From NCBI GenBank assembly GCA_947630625.1, contig CANRIL010000001.1, positions 113,574 through 177,573 of the forward strand: DNA of 64,000 bases, given 5' to 3'. The DNA is from an uncultured Clostridia bacterium. Lineage in GTDB: Bacteria; Bacillota; Clostridia; Oscillospirales; CAG-272. The notes under the pieces are model-generated. The model was not told the origin of the DNA. It did not search any database and saw only the letters and a list, made by a program, of their open reading frames with translations. The position numbers and the translations under genes are program-made. Positions 1-9,131 of the stretch are shown here, piece after piece; within the stretch, counting starts at the first letter, position 1; every line of letters begins with the position of its first letter.

Positions 1-479
1 GGCCGTGCTATTATCACTTTGATATTTTAGCGCACACAAATTCATGGAAAACCGACGAAAATATCCGGATGCTCGCCGAATCGTTCAGAAAGCTGATGCG
101 CACCGACCGCCCCGAAAAGCAGGTCGGCGGCGACTCGTGGGTCGGCTATGTGCTCGGTACGACCGGCTGCCTCAAAGAGGGCTATCAGCTCGGATATGAC
201 GAAAACGGGATTCACTATACATATTTTGACAGAGTCGAATGGCTGTGCCGGTGCGGATGCGCGCCTTATCTCGAACAGCTGCAAAATGAGATCGAGCTCC
301 TTCTGAGCTTCGTTGACGGTGACGGCATATGCAAAGCGCCGATCGCGGAGAATCAATTGAAGGGATTCAGCACATACGGCGGGCAGCAGCTTGAAGTCGA
401 CTGGAAAACGGAGACGAGAAGATTCTGCGACATCACATTCAGGGCGCTTTTGATTTTGCATTATTCGACGCTCTATTGA
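1..479 (+). CDS. hypothetical protein, probably 5'-truncated by the window edge
   Basis: The frame of ORF 69..479 is open back to position 3; co-oriented with the downstream small genes; no recognisable motif. Confidence 0.6.
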   Translation, partial: PCYYHFDILAHTNSWKTDENIRMLAESFRKLMRTDRPEKQVGGDSWVGYVLGTTGCLKEGYQLGYDENGIHYTYFDRVEWLCRCGCAPYLEQLQNEIELLLSFVDGDGICKAPIAENQLKGFSTYGGQQLEVDWKTETRRFCDITFRALLILHYSTLY

Positions 480-529
480 TGTTTTTCGGATATGTCCGCA
501 CGGTAAATCGTATTTAGGGGGATTTGATC

Positions 530-1321
530 ATGAGCGACAGAAAAGAAATAGTGAGAGGCTTTTATGAACAATACGATGAAGACGGACGGCTGAGCAGGAC
601 CCGGCACGGTCAGCTCGAGTACAATATCACGATGACATATATTCACCGATATGCGGCAAAAGGGTCAAAGATACTTGAGATCGGCGCCGGGACGGGCAGA
701 TACTCCATGGCTCTTGCAAAAGAAGGAATGGATGTCACTTCCGTTGAACTGGTTGAAAGCAATCTCGCGGTCCTGAGAGAAAGAAGCTGTGGGATTGAGA
801 ATATTAAATCATATCAAGGGGATGCCGCCGATCTCAGCCGGTTTGCAGACGACTCATTTGATGTCACGCTGTCCTTCGGACCGATGTATCACCTCTATGA
901 AGCGGATGAAGTGAACCGTGCGATCAATGAGGCGATCCGGGTAACAAAGCCGGGCGGGGTGATGATGTTTGCGTTTATTTCCGTATTTGCGATCATGTAC
1001 GCAAACTATTTTTACGGGAACTGGGCAGCGGGACAGAAAGAAAATTTTACGGATGATCATAAAGTGAGGCATTTTAAGGAACAGCTCTTTACGGGTTATG
1101 ATGTGACCGAGTTTGAGGGACTGTTTCGGGATAAGCCGGTCGACTGGATCACAACAACGGGCGTGGACGGTCTTTTGGAGCCGATCGAAAAGCGCCCGGA
1201 TTTTTCCGTGTCGGATGAGGATTTCAAGGCTCTTGCAGAATGGTATTTGGCCTTTTCGGAAAAGCGAGAGCTGTTGGGAAATACAAACCACCTTTTGTAT
1301 ATTTGTCGGAAGAGGTCATAA
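530..1321 (+). CDS. class I SAM-dependent methyltransferase
   Basis: ILEIGAGTGRY motif I, FDVTLSFGPMYHL motif; SD AGGGGG before ATG at 530. Confidence 0.85.
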   Translation: MSDRKEIVRGFYEQYDEDGRLSRTRHGQLEYNITMTYIHRYAAKGSKILEIGAGTGRYSMALAKEGMDVTSVELVESNLAVLRERSCGIENIKSYQGDAADLSRFADDSFDVTLSFGPMYHLYEADEVNRAINEAIRVTKPGGVMMFAFISVFAIMYANYFYGNWAAGQKENFTDDHKVRHFKEQLFTGYDVTEFEGLFRDKPVDWITTTGVDGLLEPIEKRPDFSVSDEDFKALAEWYLAFSEKRELLGNTNHLLYICRKRS

Positions 1322-1382
1322 GGTGTAAAGGGAAATTTTGTCTTGTTGATGGAAAGGCAAAAACATATAAGGAAAAGAAATC

Positions 1383-1817
1383 ATGGTAATCAAGCGAGCC
1401 GCAGAATCGGAGACGGCAGATTTGGCAGCACTGGCTGCTGAAATGTGGGATAGTACTGTTTCGGAATTGACAGTTTCATTCGTGGATTTGGTGAGCAGTG
1501 AAAATTGTGCCTGCTTTATTGCATATCAGGACGATTTGCCCGTCGGATTTGCACAGTGTCAGCTTAGGCATGACTATGTAGAGGGCACAGAGACAAGTCC
1601 CGTTGGTTATTTGGAAGGAATATTTGTTAGAGAGGGATTTCGTCGGTTGGGGATTGCGTCCCGGCTTTTGACCGAATGTCAGAGGTGGGCAAAAACAAAA
1701 GGCTGTGCAGAATTTGCAAGCGATTGTGAAATAAATAATGAGGACAGTTTGAAGTTTCATTTAAAGATGGGCTTTGCGGAAGCGAATCGCATTATCTGTT
1801 TCAGCAAAAAGCTGTAA
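1383..1817 (+). CDS. aac(6'): aminoglycoside 6'-N-acetyltransferase (AAC(6')-I family GNAT)
   Basis: 144 aa; LRHDYVEGTETSPVGYLEGIFV, RRLGIA and EFASDC motifs typical of AAC(6')-Ic/Iy-like enzymes. Confidence 0.85.
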   Translation: MVIKRAAESETADLAALAAEMWDSTVSELTVSFVDLVSSENCACFIAYQDDLPVGFAQCQLRHDYVEGTETSPVGYLEGIFVREGFRRLGIASRLLTECQRWAKTKGCAEFASDCEINNEDSLKFHLKMGFAEANRIICFSKKL

Positions 1818-1878
1818 GATAAGCACGACTCTTTTCAGCTCGATTAAGAAAGTTTCGAGATATGGAAAAAAACAATAT

Positions 1879-2040
1879 ATGCGATATGATTGGATAGATT
1901 ATTCTTCATCATACAAGGAAACTGTCGATTCTTGGCTCGACGAGGATGCGGTGCGGTTTACCGGATGCGATGAAGGTTTTGATGAGTATTATCAATACTG
2001 GAAAACTGTACCGACACGGATACGATCTTGCGCAGTTTGA
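1879..2040 (+). pseudogene. truncated gene fragment (N-terminus resembles small GNAT-type proteins)
   Basis: 53-codon ORF MRYDWIDYSSSYKETVDSWLDEDAVRFTG... that reads like a protein start and then ends early; family call is tentative. Confidence 0.45.
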
Positions 2041-2151
2041 TACAAGGTGCAGGAGAATTAAAAAGTGCGCCTTTGCAGTATAGGTTTAGGGGTATATGTT
2101 GTGAGGCGGCATTTACTTTGGCGCTTATTATGATTATTAGGGGGAACGGTA

Positions 2152-2700
2152 ATGATCGATCGATCAATAATAGGTAAATCTATCTTTAAACTTGAACTTG
2201 AGGATACGGAGTGGCAATTTGAATACATAGATCATGACAGGGAGATAGCAAGAGCGATCGTTTTTGATACGGAGGGATATTACTATTTTGTAAGGGCTGT
2301 TCGTGATGACGATTTCGGGAAAGCGACTCTGATCGAGACGGCGGGAGGCGGTGTGGAAAAAGGCGAAGATCTCACCTCCGCCATCAGAAGGGAGCTAAAA
2401 GAAGAACTGGGAATAGAAGTCGATATCCTATGTAAAATCGGGGTCGTCAGCGACTACTACAATCTGATTCACCGGCATAATATAAACAATTATTTTTTAT
2501 GTAAAATATCTTCCTTTGGAGAAAAGAATCTGACACAAGATGAAATGGAGAGTTTTCATTTATCAACGCTGAAGATGTCTTATATTGAGGCAATCAAAGA
2601 ATATGAAAAACGCTCGGTGACAAGGTTGGGAAAGCTTGTTGCAAACAGAGAATTGCCCGTTTTAAAAAGGGCAAAGGAGATTATCGATAAAATCGGTTAG
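2152..2700 (+). CDS. NUDIX hydrolase
   Basis: Nudix box GGGVEKGEDLTSAIRRELKEELG. Confidence 0.88.
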   Translation: MIDRSIIGKSIFKLELEDTEWQFEYIDHDREIARAIVFDTEGYYYFVRAVRDDDFGKATLIETAGGGVEKGEDLTSAIRRELKEELGIEVDILCKIGVVSDYYNLIHRHNINNYFLCKISSFGEKNLTQDEMESFHLSTLKMSYIEAIKEYEKRSVTRLGKLVANRELPVLKRAKEIIDKIG

Positions 2701-2814
2701 TGTTTGATAATCCCTGTTTGTATCAAGACCGGCAGAAACATAGATATGATCTTGCGGAGTTTGATACGAAACCGATAAAAGAACGAAAAGTGCGTTTTGC
2801 AGGGGAGATAAACA

Positions 2815-3483
2815 GTGAATATTGCGAATAACATTCTTAAGCACTATCTGAAAAATGTATATTTTATCACGGGTACAGCCTATGCCGGAAAGTCAACAAC
2901 GGTAAAAATGCTTGCCGACAAATTTGATATGATCTTTTGCGGAGAAAACTATCACAGCGCAGTATCTGATATTGTGGCAGTACCAGATTTACAGCCGGAT
3001 ATTTGTTATCTCAATAATCTCACTGACTGGAAAGATTTTGTAACCCGCTCTCCGGAAGAATATGAGCGATGGGTGTTCAGCGTAGGAAGAGAAGCCGCAG
3101 AATTTGAAGTCGCCGAGCTTATCTCAATATCAAGAGATAAGAAAGTGATCGTGGATACTAATATTCCGATAGATGTATTAAAAGAAATATCCGATTATAA
3201 CCACGTCGCCGTTATGCTCTGCCCGCAGGCCATGAGCGTTGAACGCTTCTTTGATCGGAACGACCACGAAAAGCAATTTATATTAGATGTTATAAAAAGC
3301 TGTGACGATCCCGAAGCCGTTATGGAAAACTATCGGCGCGGACTTGCCCTTATCAACAGCAAAAAACACTATGATGAATTAGCTGACAGCGGTTTTTTCA
3401 CGATAGTCAGAGAAGATAATGGGGTAGATACCAAAGAAGAAGTCTGTGATTTAATAGCAAAGCATTTTGGTTTATACAAATAA
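2815..3483 (+). CDS. P-loop NTPase / nucleotide-kinase-like protein
   Basis: Walker A GTAYAGKST near the N-terminus; GTG start with SD GGGGAG. Confidence 0.7.
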   Translation: MNIANNILKHYLKNVYFITGTAYAGKSTTVKMLADKFDMIFCGENYHSAVSDIVAVPDLQPDICYLNNLTDWKDFVTRSPEEYERWVFSVGREAAEFEVAELISISRDKKVIVDTNIPIDVLKEISDYNHVAVMLCPQAMSVERFFDRNDHEKQFILDVIKSCDDPEAVMENYRRGLALINSKKHYDELADSGFFTIVREDNGVDTKEEVCDLIAKHFGLYK

Positions 3484-3639
3484 AGTTTCCGTTTATCAAG
3501 GAAAAGCAGACCGAAAAACTTATCACCGCTGGTGCGGTAGCGAGGAATATCTTTTTATATTAAAATCTGCCGGGACGCAGATATCATCTTACAAAGTTTT
3601 ACAGAACATCGAGACATCATTATCGAGGAGGGGAAGCGC

Positions 3640-4128
3640 ATGGAAATATGGGACGCTTATGATGAAAATTTCAATAAGATCGACAACGTGACGTTGATAC
3701 GTGGGGAAAAGCTCCCCGAAGGGCTTTTTCATTTAGTCGGCGAGATCATCGTTAAACATACAGACGGCAGTTATCTGCTGATGCAGCGTGACAGACGCAA
3801 ACATTTCGGCGGTATGTGGGAGGCAACCGCGGGAGGTTCGGCATTACGCGGAGAGACTCCGATCGAATGTGCGGCAAGAGAACTGCGGGAAGAAACCGGA
3901 ATCGTATCAGATCATCTCGTTGAAATAGGTAGAGTGAAAAACTACGAAAAAAATACGTTATATGTTGAATTCTTATGTGTGACAGACTGCAAAAAAGATT
4001 CTGTCACCTTGCAGGAAGGGGAAACAATAGCGTATAAATGGGTGAGCAGAGATGAACTCGTCTCTATGAAAAAGAGCGAACTTCTGACCGAGTGCATACA
4101 GGATTTCGTTGAAGAATTAAAATCATAA
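3640..4128 (+). CDS. NUDIX hydrolase
   Basis: Nudix box GGSALRGETPIECAARELREETG; N-terminal MEIWDAYD. Confidence 0.88.
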   Translation: MEIWDAYDENFNKIDNVTLIRGEKLPEGLFHLVGEIIVKHTDGSYLLMQRDRRKHFGGMWEATAGGSALRGETPIECAARELREETGIVSDHLVEIGRVKNYEKNTLYVEFLCVTDCKKDSVTLQEGETIAYKWVSRDELVSMKKSELLTECIQDFVEELKS

Positions 4129-4151
4129 ATTATCATTTTTATAATCCGCTC

Positions 4152-4408
4152 GAGTCATGACCACCGGCCGTGCCGGTGGCTTGCACAGGCCCCCTTAGGG
4201 CCTATTACCGGCTGAGCCTATAGGCTCGTCGAAAAAGCTTTCGCTTGCGCATCTTGCCCTACTGCTATTGAAATAGCGGTTTCTCTCTATTTCTCGCATG
4301 GATGTAATCGAATGATTCTCCATGATAGCAGGTTCCTCGCTTCGCTCGGATAGTTTTCTGTGCAAAGCTAAAGCTTTTGGAGCCACCAGCACTGCTGGTG
4401 GTTTTCAT
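4152..4408 (-). mobile_element. non-autonomous IS200/IS605-like remnant (both hairpin ends, no tnpA)
   Basis: Related subterminal hairpins CCACCGGC-CGT-GCCGGTGG (4161-4179) and CCACCAGC-ACT-GCTGGTGG (4383-4401); no transposase ORF between them; boundaries approximate. Confidence 0.65.
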
Positions 4409-4419
4409 AGGACAACATA

Positions 4420-4459
4420 ACCCCGGCATGCGGCAGATACGCATGCCGGGGTATTTTTT
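4420..4459 (+). terminator. intrinsic terminator closing the 5' gene array
   Basis: ACCCCGGCATGCG-loop-CGCATGCCGGGGT followed by ATTTTTT. Confidence 0.8.
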
Positions 4460-4578
4460 GTCTGCTCCTGCGGGACGCGGATGTGTGCTGCGCGTTCACA
4501 TTTGAGAACGGCTTATCATATAATGTCTCCGTGACGATCAGGCGCACGCTTTACGCGCGTCTTTAATGGGGTGATATT

Positions 4579-6426
4579 ATGTGCGGCATAGCCGGTTTTT
4601 CTGATTTTGAAGAAGATTATACATTTGACAGGGCAAGATGGGCGGGAGTGCTCGTCGACATGAGAAAGTCGCTCGCTCATCGCGGTCACGACCAGACCGG
4701 AGAATATCTTGACAGGCACGTGGGGCTTTCGCATACGCGCCTTTCCATCCGCGATATTTCCGGGGGAATACAGCCGATGCGCCGCTTTGCGGGCGGACGC
4801 GAATATGTCATTGTCTATAACGGTGAGGTTTATAATATGGACGAACTTGTGCCCGAACTGACGCGGCGCGGATACGTCTTTGAAACGACGAGCGACACGG
4901 AGGCGATTCTTTACGCTTATATGGAATTCGGTCTTGACTGCGCCGCGATGCTGAACGGAATTTTCGCTTTCGCGATCTGGGACGGCAGACTTGAACGGCT
5001 GGTTTTGTGCCGTGACCGCCTCGGCGTCAAGCCGCTGTTTTACGCCGAGCGCGGAGGCGAGCTGATTTTCGGCTCTGAACCGAAATCCCTTTTCTGCCAT
5101 CCGGATATCTCGCCGGAGGCTGACGACGAGAGCTTCCACGAAATCTTTGCAGTAGGTCCCGCGAGGACGCCGGGAGTCGGAGTTTTCAAGGATGTTTACG
5201 AGGTTTTGCCCGGCCACATCATGATATATGACCGCGGCGGACTTTCGGGGTTCTCATATTGGGATCTGGCGGCGCACCCGCACACCGACTCTTATGAAGA
5301 AACGGTCGAGAAGACCGGATTTTTAGTCCGTGACGCAATAATTCGGCAGATGGTTTCTGACGTGCCTGTATGCAGCTTTTTGTCGGGCGGGCTCGATTCA
5401 AGCATCATAACGGCCGTCGCGTCAGAATATATGCGCGAAAAAGGCGCTCTGCTTCACACGTTTTCCTTCGATTTTACCGAGAATGACGAGTATTTTCGAG
5501 CGAACAGCTTCCAGCCGACGCGCGACAGACCGTTTGTCGACATGCTCCTTCAGATATTAAAGGTCGATCACACATATCTTTACTGCTCGGACGAAGAGCT
5601 TGCCGATATGCTGCCGAAGGCTGTTTTGGCAAAGGACCTGCCCGGAATGACGGACGTTGACGCGTCGCTGCTTTATTTCTGCGGGCTCGTCAAGGAACAC
5701 AATAAGGTGGCGTTGACCGGCGAATGCGCCGATGAAATTTTCGGCGGATACCCTTGGTTTTATAGGCCCGAACTGCTCTACGCAGACGGGTTCCCCTGGT
5801 CGCATGACATCTCCGCGCGGACGACGCTTTTGCGCGACAGCGTGGTCGAGCGGCTTCAGCTTGACGAATACGCAAAACAGCGTTACCGTGACGCGCTCGC
5901 CCGCGTTCCTAGACTGCCGGGGGAGGACAGGGAAGCGTCTCGACGGCGCGAGGTTAGCTGCCTTAACATCCGCTGGTTCATGCAGACGCTGCTTGACAGG
6001 ATGGACCGCACGAGCATGGCGCACGGGCTCGAAGTGCGCGTTCCTTTCGCCGATCACCGCATTGTCGAATATCTCTATAACGTCCCGTGGAGCATGAAAT
6101 ATCGCGACGGCAGCGAAAAGGCGCTTCTGCGCGACGCGTGCGAGGGGCTGCTGCCGCCGCCTGTCCTTCGCCGGAAGAAGAGCCCGTATCCGAAGACGTA
6201 TAATCCAGCATATGAATCTATTCTCGCGTCGAGACTGAGGGGTGTGCTTGACGACAAAACCGCCCCGGTAAACGCTTTTCTCGACAGAGAAAAGACGGAG
6301 AGGTTCCTGTCATCCCCCAAGGATTACGGCAAGCCGTGGTTCGGTCAGCTCATGGCGGGCCCGCAGATGGTCGCCTACATCCTCCAGATAAACGACTGGA
6401 TGAAAGATTACGGCATATCATTCTGA
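4579..6426 (+). CDS. asnB: asparagine synthetase (glutamine-hydrolysing), AsnO-like
   Basis: N-terminal MCGIAG Ntn nucleophile, HRG(H)D, SGGLDSS, GECADEIFGGY, C-terminal WFGQLM. Confidence 0.93.
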   Translation: MCGIAGFSDFEEDYTFDRARWAGVLVDMRKSLAHRGHDQTGEYLDRHVGLSHTRLSIRDISGGIQPMRRFAGGREYVIVYNGEVYNMDELVPELTRRGYVFETTSDTEAILYAYMEFGLDCAAMLNGIFAFAIWDGRLERLVLCRDRLGVKPLFYAERGGELIFGSEPKSLFCHPDISPEADDESFHEIFAVGPARTPGVGVFKDVYEVLPGHIMIYDRGGLSGFSYWDLAAHPHTDSYEETVEKTGFLVRDAIIRQMVSDVPVCSFLSGGLDSSIITAVASEYMREKGALLHTFSFDFTENDEYFRANSFQPTRDRPFVDMLLQILKVDHTYLYCSDEELADMLPKAVLAKDLPGMTDVDASLLYFCGLVKEHNKVALTGECADEIFGGYPWFYRPELLYADGFPWSHDISARTTLLRDSVVERLQLDEYAKQRYRDALARVPRLPGEDREASRRREVSCLNIRWFMQTLLDRMDRTSMAHGLEVRVPFADHRIVEYLYNVPWSMKYRDGSEKALLRDACEGLLPPPVLRRKKSPYPKTYNPAYESILASRLRGVLDDKTAPVNAFLDREKTERFLSSPKDYGKPWFGQLMAGPQMVAYILQINDWMKDYGISF

Positions 6427-6459
6427 TCCCACTTTAAATTTTTACCTCAAATAAAAACA

Positions 6460-6522
6460 AAACTTCCTGCGCGCAGGCACCGCCAAAAAAATTTTGCGCG
6501 CGGGAAGTTTTTGTGATATACT
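6460..6522 (+). promoter_or_regulatory. asnB terminator hairpin overlapping a sigma-A promoter of the two-component operon
   Basis: AAACTTCC..GCGCGCA / TGCGCGCGGGAAGTTT stem with T-tract; TTGCGC-N17-TATACT. Confidence 0.55.
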
Positions 6523-6558
6523 TTATTTGCAGCATAATAAAGCCGGGGGGCGAATGAG

Positions 6559-7230
6559 ATGTACAGAGTTTTCGTTATAGAGGATGACCGCGGGATCGCC
6601 GAATCGATCAAAATGCAGCTCACGATCTGGGGGCTGGAAGTGATTGTTGCGGACGACTTTTTCAATATAATGGCGGAGTTCGCGTCCGCCGACCCGCAGC
6701 TTGTGCTGCTCGACATCGCGCTCCCTTATTTTAACGGATACTACTGGTGCTCGGAGATCCGCCGCGTCTCAAAGGTGCCGATCATATTCATTTCGTCCGC
6801 GTCCGACAGCATGAACATCGTCATGGCGATGAATATGGGCGCCGACGATTTCATTGCGAAGCCGTTTGACGGCAGCGTCCTGACGGCGAAGGTTCAGGCG
6901 CTTCTGCGCCGCGCTTACGACTTCGGCGCGAACGCGACGATAATTGAGCACCGCGGCGCGCTGCTCAACACGTCCGACTGCACGCTGACGTATAACGGGG
7001 AGCGTGTCGAGCTGTCGAAGAACGAATACAGGATACTTTCAACTCTGCTTGAATCAAAGGGACGTGTCGTCAGCCGCGAACGTCTGATGGAGCGGCTTTG
7101 GGAGACTGACTCGTTCGTGGACGACAACACTCTGACCGTCAATATTAACCGTCTCCGCCGCAAGCTGTCGGAGGTCGGGCTGAACGACTTCATTGTGACG
7201 AAGGTCGGCGTCGGCTATATTATAGAATAA
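6559..7230 (+). CDS. OmpR-family response regulator (BceR/GraR-like)
   Basis: Receiver IEDD...LLDIALP...GADDFIAKPF and winged-helix NTLTVNINRLRRKL. Confidence 0.92.
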   Translation: MYRVFVIEDDRGIAESIKMQLTIWGLEVIVADDFFNIMAEFASADPQLVLLDIALPYFNGYYWCSEIRRVSKVPIIFISSASDSMNIVMAMNMGADDFIAKPFDGSVLTAKVQALLRRAYDFGANATIIEHRGALLNTSDCTLTYNGERVELSKNEYRILSTLLESKGRVVSRERLMERLWETDSFVDDNTLTVNINRLRRKLSEVGLNDFIVTKVGVGYIIE

Positions 7231-7246
7231 CGGAGGCGGACGGACG

Positions 7247-8242
7247 ATGAATTTCTTTCGCTATCTGAAGGACAGGCGCGGCGTCCTCCTTCTGCTTTTG
7301 TCATTTGCCGTGATATTTGCTGTCGTGTTCATCTTTTATTCTCTGCCGTTCGCCGCGGTCGTTTATCCGGTGCTGCTGTGCGCGCTGATAGGGATCATAT
7401 ATCTCGGCGTCGATTATTACCGCGCAAGCCGAAAACACATGGAGCTTTTGCGCGCGGCGGAGGACATTGACTGTATCGTCTCGATGCTCCCCGCCCAAAG
7501 GACGGTGACGGATGAAGACTATCGACGGCTTTTAGACCTTGTTTCAGAGGCGAACGCCTCTATCGTTTCGGGCGTTGAGGCAAAATACGACGACATGATC
7601 GAATATTACACGGTCTGGGCGCATGAAATCAAGACGCCTATAGCCTCGATGCGCCTTATCCTCGAGGAGGAGGACAGCGAACGCTCGCGCAGGCTCTCGG
7701 AGGAGCTTCAGCGGATTGAGCAATATGTCGAGATGGTGATGACGTTTCTGCGCCTCGATTCGGATTCGACAGATTATGTCTTCCGCGAATGCGCGCTTGA
7801 CGATATAATAAGATCGTCCGTCAGAAAGTACAGGACGCAGTTCATCCGTCGGCGGCTCGGTATCGCATATGAGCCGACTTCGGCAAGGATCGTTACTGAT
7901 GAAAAGTGGCTCTCGTTCGTAATCGAACAGCTTATTTCAAACGCGATCAAGTATACGCGCGAGGGCGGCGTCACCGTGAGCGTGAAGGACGATGACGACG
8001 CGGCGACGATTTCAGTCACCGACACGGGCATAGGCATTTCGCCGGACGATCTGCCGCGCGTATTCGAGCGCGGATATACAGGGCTCAACGGCAGGGCTGA
8101 CAAAAAGGCGAGCGGACTAGGGCTTTACCTCTGCCGCAGGATATGCAATCGCTTCGGGTATGAAATATCAGCCGTCTCTCGCAGGGGAGAGGGAACGACA
8201 GTTTCTGTCAGAATGCCGAAGGAGCACGTCGCGGCTGAATAG
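7247..8242 (+). CDS. intramembrane-sensing histidine kinase (BceS/GraS-like)
   Basis: Two adjacent N-terminal TM helices, WAHEIKTP H-box, NAIKYT, DTGIGI, GLGLY. Confidence 0.92.
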   Translation: MNFFRYLKDRRGVLLLLLSFAVIFAVVFIFYSLPFAAVVYPVLLCALIGIIYLGVDYYRASRKHMELLRAAEDIDCIVSMLPAQRTVTDEDYRRLLDLVSEANASIVSGVEAKYDDMIEYYTVWAHEIKTPIASMRLILEEEDSERSRRLSEELQRIEQYVEMVMTFLRLDSDSTDYVFRECALDDIIRSSVRKYRTQFIRRRLGIAYEPTSARIVTDEKWLSFVIEQLISNAIKYTREGGVTVSVKDDDDAATISVTDTGIGISPDDLPRVFERGYTGLNGRADKKASGLGLYLCRRICNRFGYEISAVSRRGEGTTVSVRMPKEHVAAE

Positions 8243-8245
8243 CGG

Positions 8246-8322
8246 TCTTACAAAAGTGTAAGATACGAAGGGGGAAATGTAAGCCGAAAAGATGGCGGCT
8301 CGTCCCCCTTCTTTGATATAAT
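8246..8322 (+). promoter_or_regulatory. response-regulator operator and extended -10 of the ABC transporter
   Basis: TCTTACA-AAAG-TGTAAGA inverted repeat (8246-8263), second TGTAAG half-site 21 bp downstream (8278-8283), TGnTATAAT at 8314-8322; architecture typical of Bce-like targets. Confidence 0.75.
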
Positions 8323-8366
8323 CATGAACAGAAATTCGAAAAACGTTTTCGGGAGGAATTTTTGTT

Positions 8367-9131
8367 ATGAGTATGCTTGAGGTCACACACCTTAAGAAAA
8401 CGTATACAACTCGCTTCGGCGGCGATAAAGTGGAGGCTCTGCGCGATGTAAATTTCACCGTTGAGAGCGGGGAATATGTCGCGATCATGGGCGAGTCGGG
8501 AAGCGGTAAAACGACGCTTCTGAACATTCTTGCGGCGCTCGACAAGCCGACAGGCGGCAAAGTCGTTTTAAACGGGATAGACTTATCGACGGTAAAAGAG
8601 TCGGCAATGGCGGCGTTCCGGCGCGACAACTTGGGATTTGTGTTTCAGGAATTCAACCTTCTTGACACGTTTTCGATCGAAGATAACATTTATCTGCCGC
8701 TCGTCCTTTCGGGAAAATCTCACGCGGACATGAAGCGCAGGCTCGTCACTATCGCAGAGCAGCTTGGGATCACCGACATACTTAAAAAATACCCTTACGA
8801 GGTTTCGGGCGGACAGAAACAGCGCGCGGCGACGGCGCGCGCGTTGATCACTTACCCGCAGATAATTCTCGCGGACGAACCGACCGGCGCGCTTGATTCG
8901 AAAGCTACGGACGAGCTTTTGAATCTCTTCTCCGACGTAAACAAGTCCGGACAGACGATCTTGATGGTAACGCATTCCGTCAAGGCGGCGAGCCGCGCCG
9001 GACGCGTGCTGTTTATCCGCGACGGCGAGGTCTTCCATCAGATCTACAGAGGCGAGCAGACGAGCGAGGAGCTTTTCGCCAAAATATCTGATACGCTTAC
9101 AATACTTGCCGGAGGCGGTGAAATAAAATGA
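8367..9131 (+). CDS. ABC transporter ATP-binding protein (BceA-like)
   Basis: GESGSGKTT, VSGGQKQR, ILADEPTGALD. Confidence 0.93.
   Translation: MSMLEVTHLKKTYTTRFGGDKVEALRDVNFTVESGEYVAIMGESGSGKTTLLNILAALDKPTGGKVVLNGIDLSTVKESAMAAFRRDNLGFVFQEFNLLDTFSIEDNIYLPLVLSGKSHADMKRRLVTIAEQLGITDILKKYPYEVSGGQKQRAATARALITYPQIILADEPTGALDSKATDELLNLFSDVNKSGQTILMVTHSVKAASRAGRVLFIRDGEVFHQIYRGEQTSEELFAKISDTLTILAGGGEIK

Noticed and set aside
480-4140. Classical integron attC sites
   Set aside because: No RYYYAAC...GTTRRRY palindromic sites recognisable in the spacers and no intI in the window
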